Origin: a virus
DNA: 54,183 nucleotides
IMG/VR virus record: IMGVR_UViG_3300048906_000028
Coordinates: 1 to 54,183 of that record
Direction: 5' to 3' (one strand)
Below the pieces are notes generated by a model that saw only the letters and a list, made by a program, of their open reading frames with translations, was not told the origin of the DNA and did not search any database. Positions 52,745-54,183 of the stretch are shown here, piece by piece; within the stretch, counting starts at the first letter, position 1, and the number at the start of each line of letters is the position of its first letter. The translations under genes were made by a program, and so were the position numbers.

Positions 52745-53854
52745 ATGATCAACAAGCGCCAAATTTTCATGGTGGTAGACCTGCAGTTCGGCTCAACCGG
52801 CAAAGGCCTGATAGCGGGCCTCCTGGCCGAGAATCATCAACCCGATACCGTGGTGACCGCCTGGGCCGCCAATGCTGGTCACACCTACATCAACGCTGAT
52901 GGCCGCAAATTCGTCCACACGATGCTGGCCAATGGCGTGGTGTCGAAGAACCTCAAGCGCGTTCTTCTCGGCCCGGGTTCTTTGATCAACCCTGATGCCC
53001 TGGCCGCCGAAATTGAATCGTGCGCCGACCTGCTCCAGAACGCCGTCATCATGATCCACCCGCATGCCGCCATCATCACTCAAAAGCATATCGATGAAGA
53101 AGCCGGGCCGATGACCAAGATCGGTTCGACCAAGAAGGGCGTCGGCGCGGCAATGATCGAGCGCATTCGCCGCAATCCTGACGAGAACAATATCGCGGCC
53201 AATGCCCTGGACGGCCACCCGATGGGCCGTCATGTCGTCACGATCGAAGCCTACAACGCCGCCCTAGACGAGTCCAAGGTCATGCTGGTAGAAGGTGCAC
53301 AGGGCTACAGCCTGTCGATGTACCACGGCATGTACCCCTACACCACCTCCCGCGATGTGACCCCGGCCCAAATTTTCGCCGATTGCGCGATTCCGCTGTC
53401 CTGGTACCCGTCGACCGAAGTCATCGGAACCGCCCGCACCTTCCCCATCCGCGTGGCCAATCGCTTCGATTCGAATGGCGTCCAGGTGGGTTATTCGGGC
53501 GGCCATTACCCAGACCAGGAAGAAATTAGCTTCGAAAGCCTGGGTATGCCGGTGGAACTGACGACCGTTACCAAGCTGCCGCGCCGCATCTTCACCCTGT
53601 CCAAAATCCAGCTGCGCGAAGCTTTACGTCAGTGTTCGGTGGACTCGCTGTTCCTGAATTTCGCCAATTACCTGCGGACGGAAGACGAATTGCGCGAGAC
53701 CCTGACCACCGTGCAGGATGCCCTGATCGAATCGGGCGCCACCTCCGGTCTTTGCTGGATCGGCTTCGGCCCCACCGTCAATGATGTGCTGGAAATCACC
53801 CCCGGCACCTCCGTCGAAGTAGTGTTGGCCGCCTGGCATAAATCCCGGGGCTGA
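52745..53854 (+). CDS. purZ: Adenylosuccinate synthetase (PurA) homolog with PurZ features (N6-succino-2-amino-2'-deoxyadenylate synthase candidate)
   Basis: 369 aa. QFGSTGKG (PurA QWGDEGKG, Asp to Ser), ANAGHT, IGSTKKGVG, VEGAQGYSL...YPYTTS and TTVTKLPRR align to PurA motifs. Shorter than PurA. Clustered with MazG-like, HD and PolA genes. Confidence 0.8.
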   Translation: MINKRQIFMVVDLQFGSTGKGLIAGLLAENHQPDTVVTAWAANAGHTYINADGRKFVHTMLANGVVSKNLKRVLLGPGSLINPDALAAEIESCADLLQNAVIMIHPHAAIITQKHIDEEAGPMTKIGSTKKGVGAAMIERIRRNPDENNIAANALDGHPMGRHVVTIEAYNAALDESKVMLVEGAQGYSLSMYHGMYPYTTSRDVTPAQIFADCAIPLSWYPSTEVIGTARTFPIRVANRFDSNGVQVGYSGGHYPDQEEISFESLGMPVELTTVTKLPRRIFTLSKIQLREALRQCSVDSLFLNFANYLRTEDELRETLTTVQDALIESGATSGLCWIGFGPTVNDVLEITPGTSVEVVLAAWHKSRG

Positions 53855-53874
53855 CAGACCGCCTCCCGATATGG

Positions 53875-53902
53875 CTCCGGCCGCACGGGAGGTACTTTCC
53901 TT
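53875..53902 (-). repeat. GTACC box copy, inverted orientation
   Basis: ctccggccgcacgggaggtactttcctt is the reverse complement of AAGGAAAGTACCTCCCGTGCGGCCGGAG. It lies between purZ and the MazG-like gene. Confidence 0.7.
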
Positions 53903-53926
53903 ACATTCGAGACTATCAACCGCTAT

Positions 53927-54183
53927 ATGAGCATCGACCAACGAAGCGAAGCCCGCGAAGACGTTAAATCCGTAACCCTCGCACGCCTGCAGTCCCTGGT
54001 GTTCGGCCAGGCCAACGTGCTTTTCCCGAAACGCACCCAGTCCAAAGCCTTTCTCAAGCTGTACGAGGAACTGGGCGAAGTGATCAAGAACCCGTCCGAC
54101 CCCCTGGAATGGGCAGACGTTTTTATCATGCTGCTGGACCTGTCGAAGATGAACAACATCGATGTGGTGTCCGCGATCCTGCA
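53927..54183 (+). CDS. mazZ: MazG-like NTP pyrophosphohydrolase, 5' part (continues at nt 128 of the window after removal of the 127-bp overlap; ends at 278)
   Basis: ATG 53927. The frame is open to the contig end and in phase with ORF 24..278. Confidence 0.7.
   Translation, partial: MSIDQRSEAREDVKSVTLARLQSLVFGQANVLFPKRTQSKAFLKLYEELGEVIKNPSDPLEWADVFIMLLDLSKMNNIDVVSAIL
54057..54183. repeat. Terminal overlap, copy 2
   Basis: Identical to 1..127. Confidence 0.9.

Noticed and set aside
53875-53902. The GTACC box as a sigma54 (-24/-12) or phage RNA polymerase promoter.
   Set aside because: No GG-N10-GC spacing fits. No single-subunit RNA polymerase gene is present. One copy is inverted relative to the uniformly + strand genes.
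1-54183. tRNA genes, CRISPR arrays, integrase/attP, repressor, and transposase or IS elements.
   Set aside because: I looked for T-loop GGTTCGAATCC-like motifs, regularly spaced repeats, and tyrosine/serine recombinase or DDE motifs, and saw none. Without tRNAscan or HMM searches a degenerate example could have been missed.

Overview
The window is a complete, circularly closed phage genome. Bases 1-127 recur exactly at 54057-54183, so the unit length is 54,056 bp and the contig ends are arbitrary. About 80 credible genes all lie on the + strand and are tightly packed, with many ATGA/GTGA/TAATG start-stop overlaps. The long minus-strand ORFs look like GC-rich antisense shadows.

Layout:
- 1-13.4 kb: nucleotide-metabolism genes, then many small early genes arranged as promoter-bounded cassettes.
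- 13.46-14.15 kb: noncoding region A.
- 14.1-42 kb: late block. Order is terS, terL, portal, head morphogenesis, scaffold, capsid, connectors, tail tube, G/GT chaperones with a -1 frameshift, 1491-aa tape measure, tail tip and fibre, membrane proteins, GH19 endolysin, and nested spanins. This is a siphovirus-type architecture.
- 42.88-43.39 kb: noncoding region B, a paralog of region A.
- 43.4-54 kb: replication block. Order is Prim-Pol, SNF2 helicase, a possible SSB, SF1 helicase, and a family-A polymerase.

No integrase, repressor, tRNA or CRISPR array was seen.

Main finding: the polymerase is followed by a PurA-like gene with PurZ hallmarks. A MazG-like gene then runs across the contig junction, followed by an HD hydrolase. 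This is the published gene signature of phages that replace adenine with 2-aminoadenine (Z). The pathway is known, but this genome looks like an unrecognised member, and the linear contig splits the cluster.

Second finding: two type-I hammerhead ribozyme candidates (2707-2758 and 7471-7523) have a complete catalytic core and compensatory changes in stem III.

Other findings:
- Hairpin/promoter cassettes that recur before early genes.
- A conserved ATAGAGAATAGAGG leader box.
- A conserved box of 27-39 nt found in both orientations.
- Two paralogous iteron- and palindrome-rich noncoding regions that bracket the late block.

Everything here was read by eye. No searches or folding programs were run, and several start codons are uncertain.
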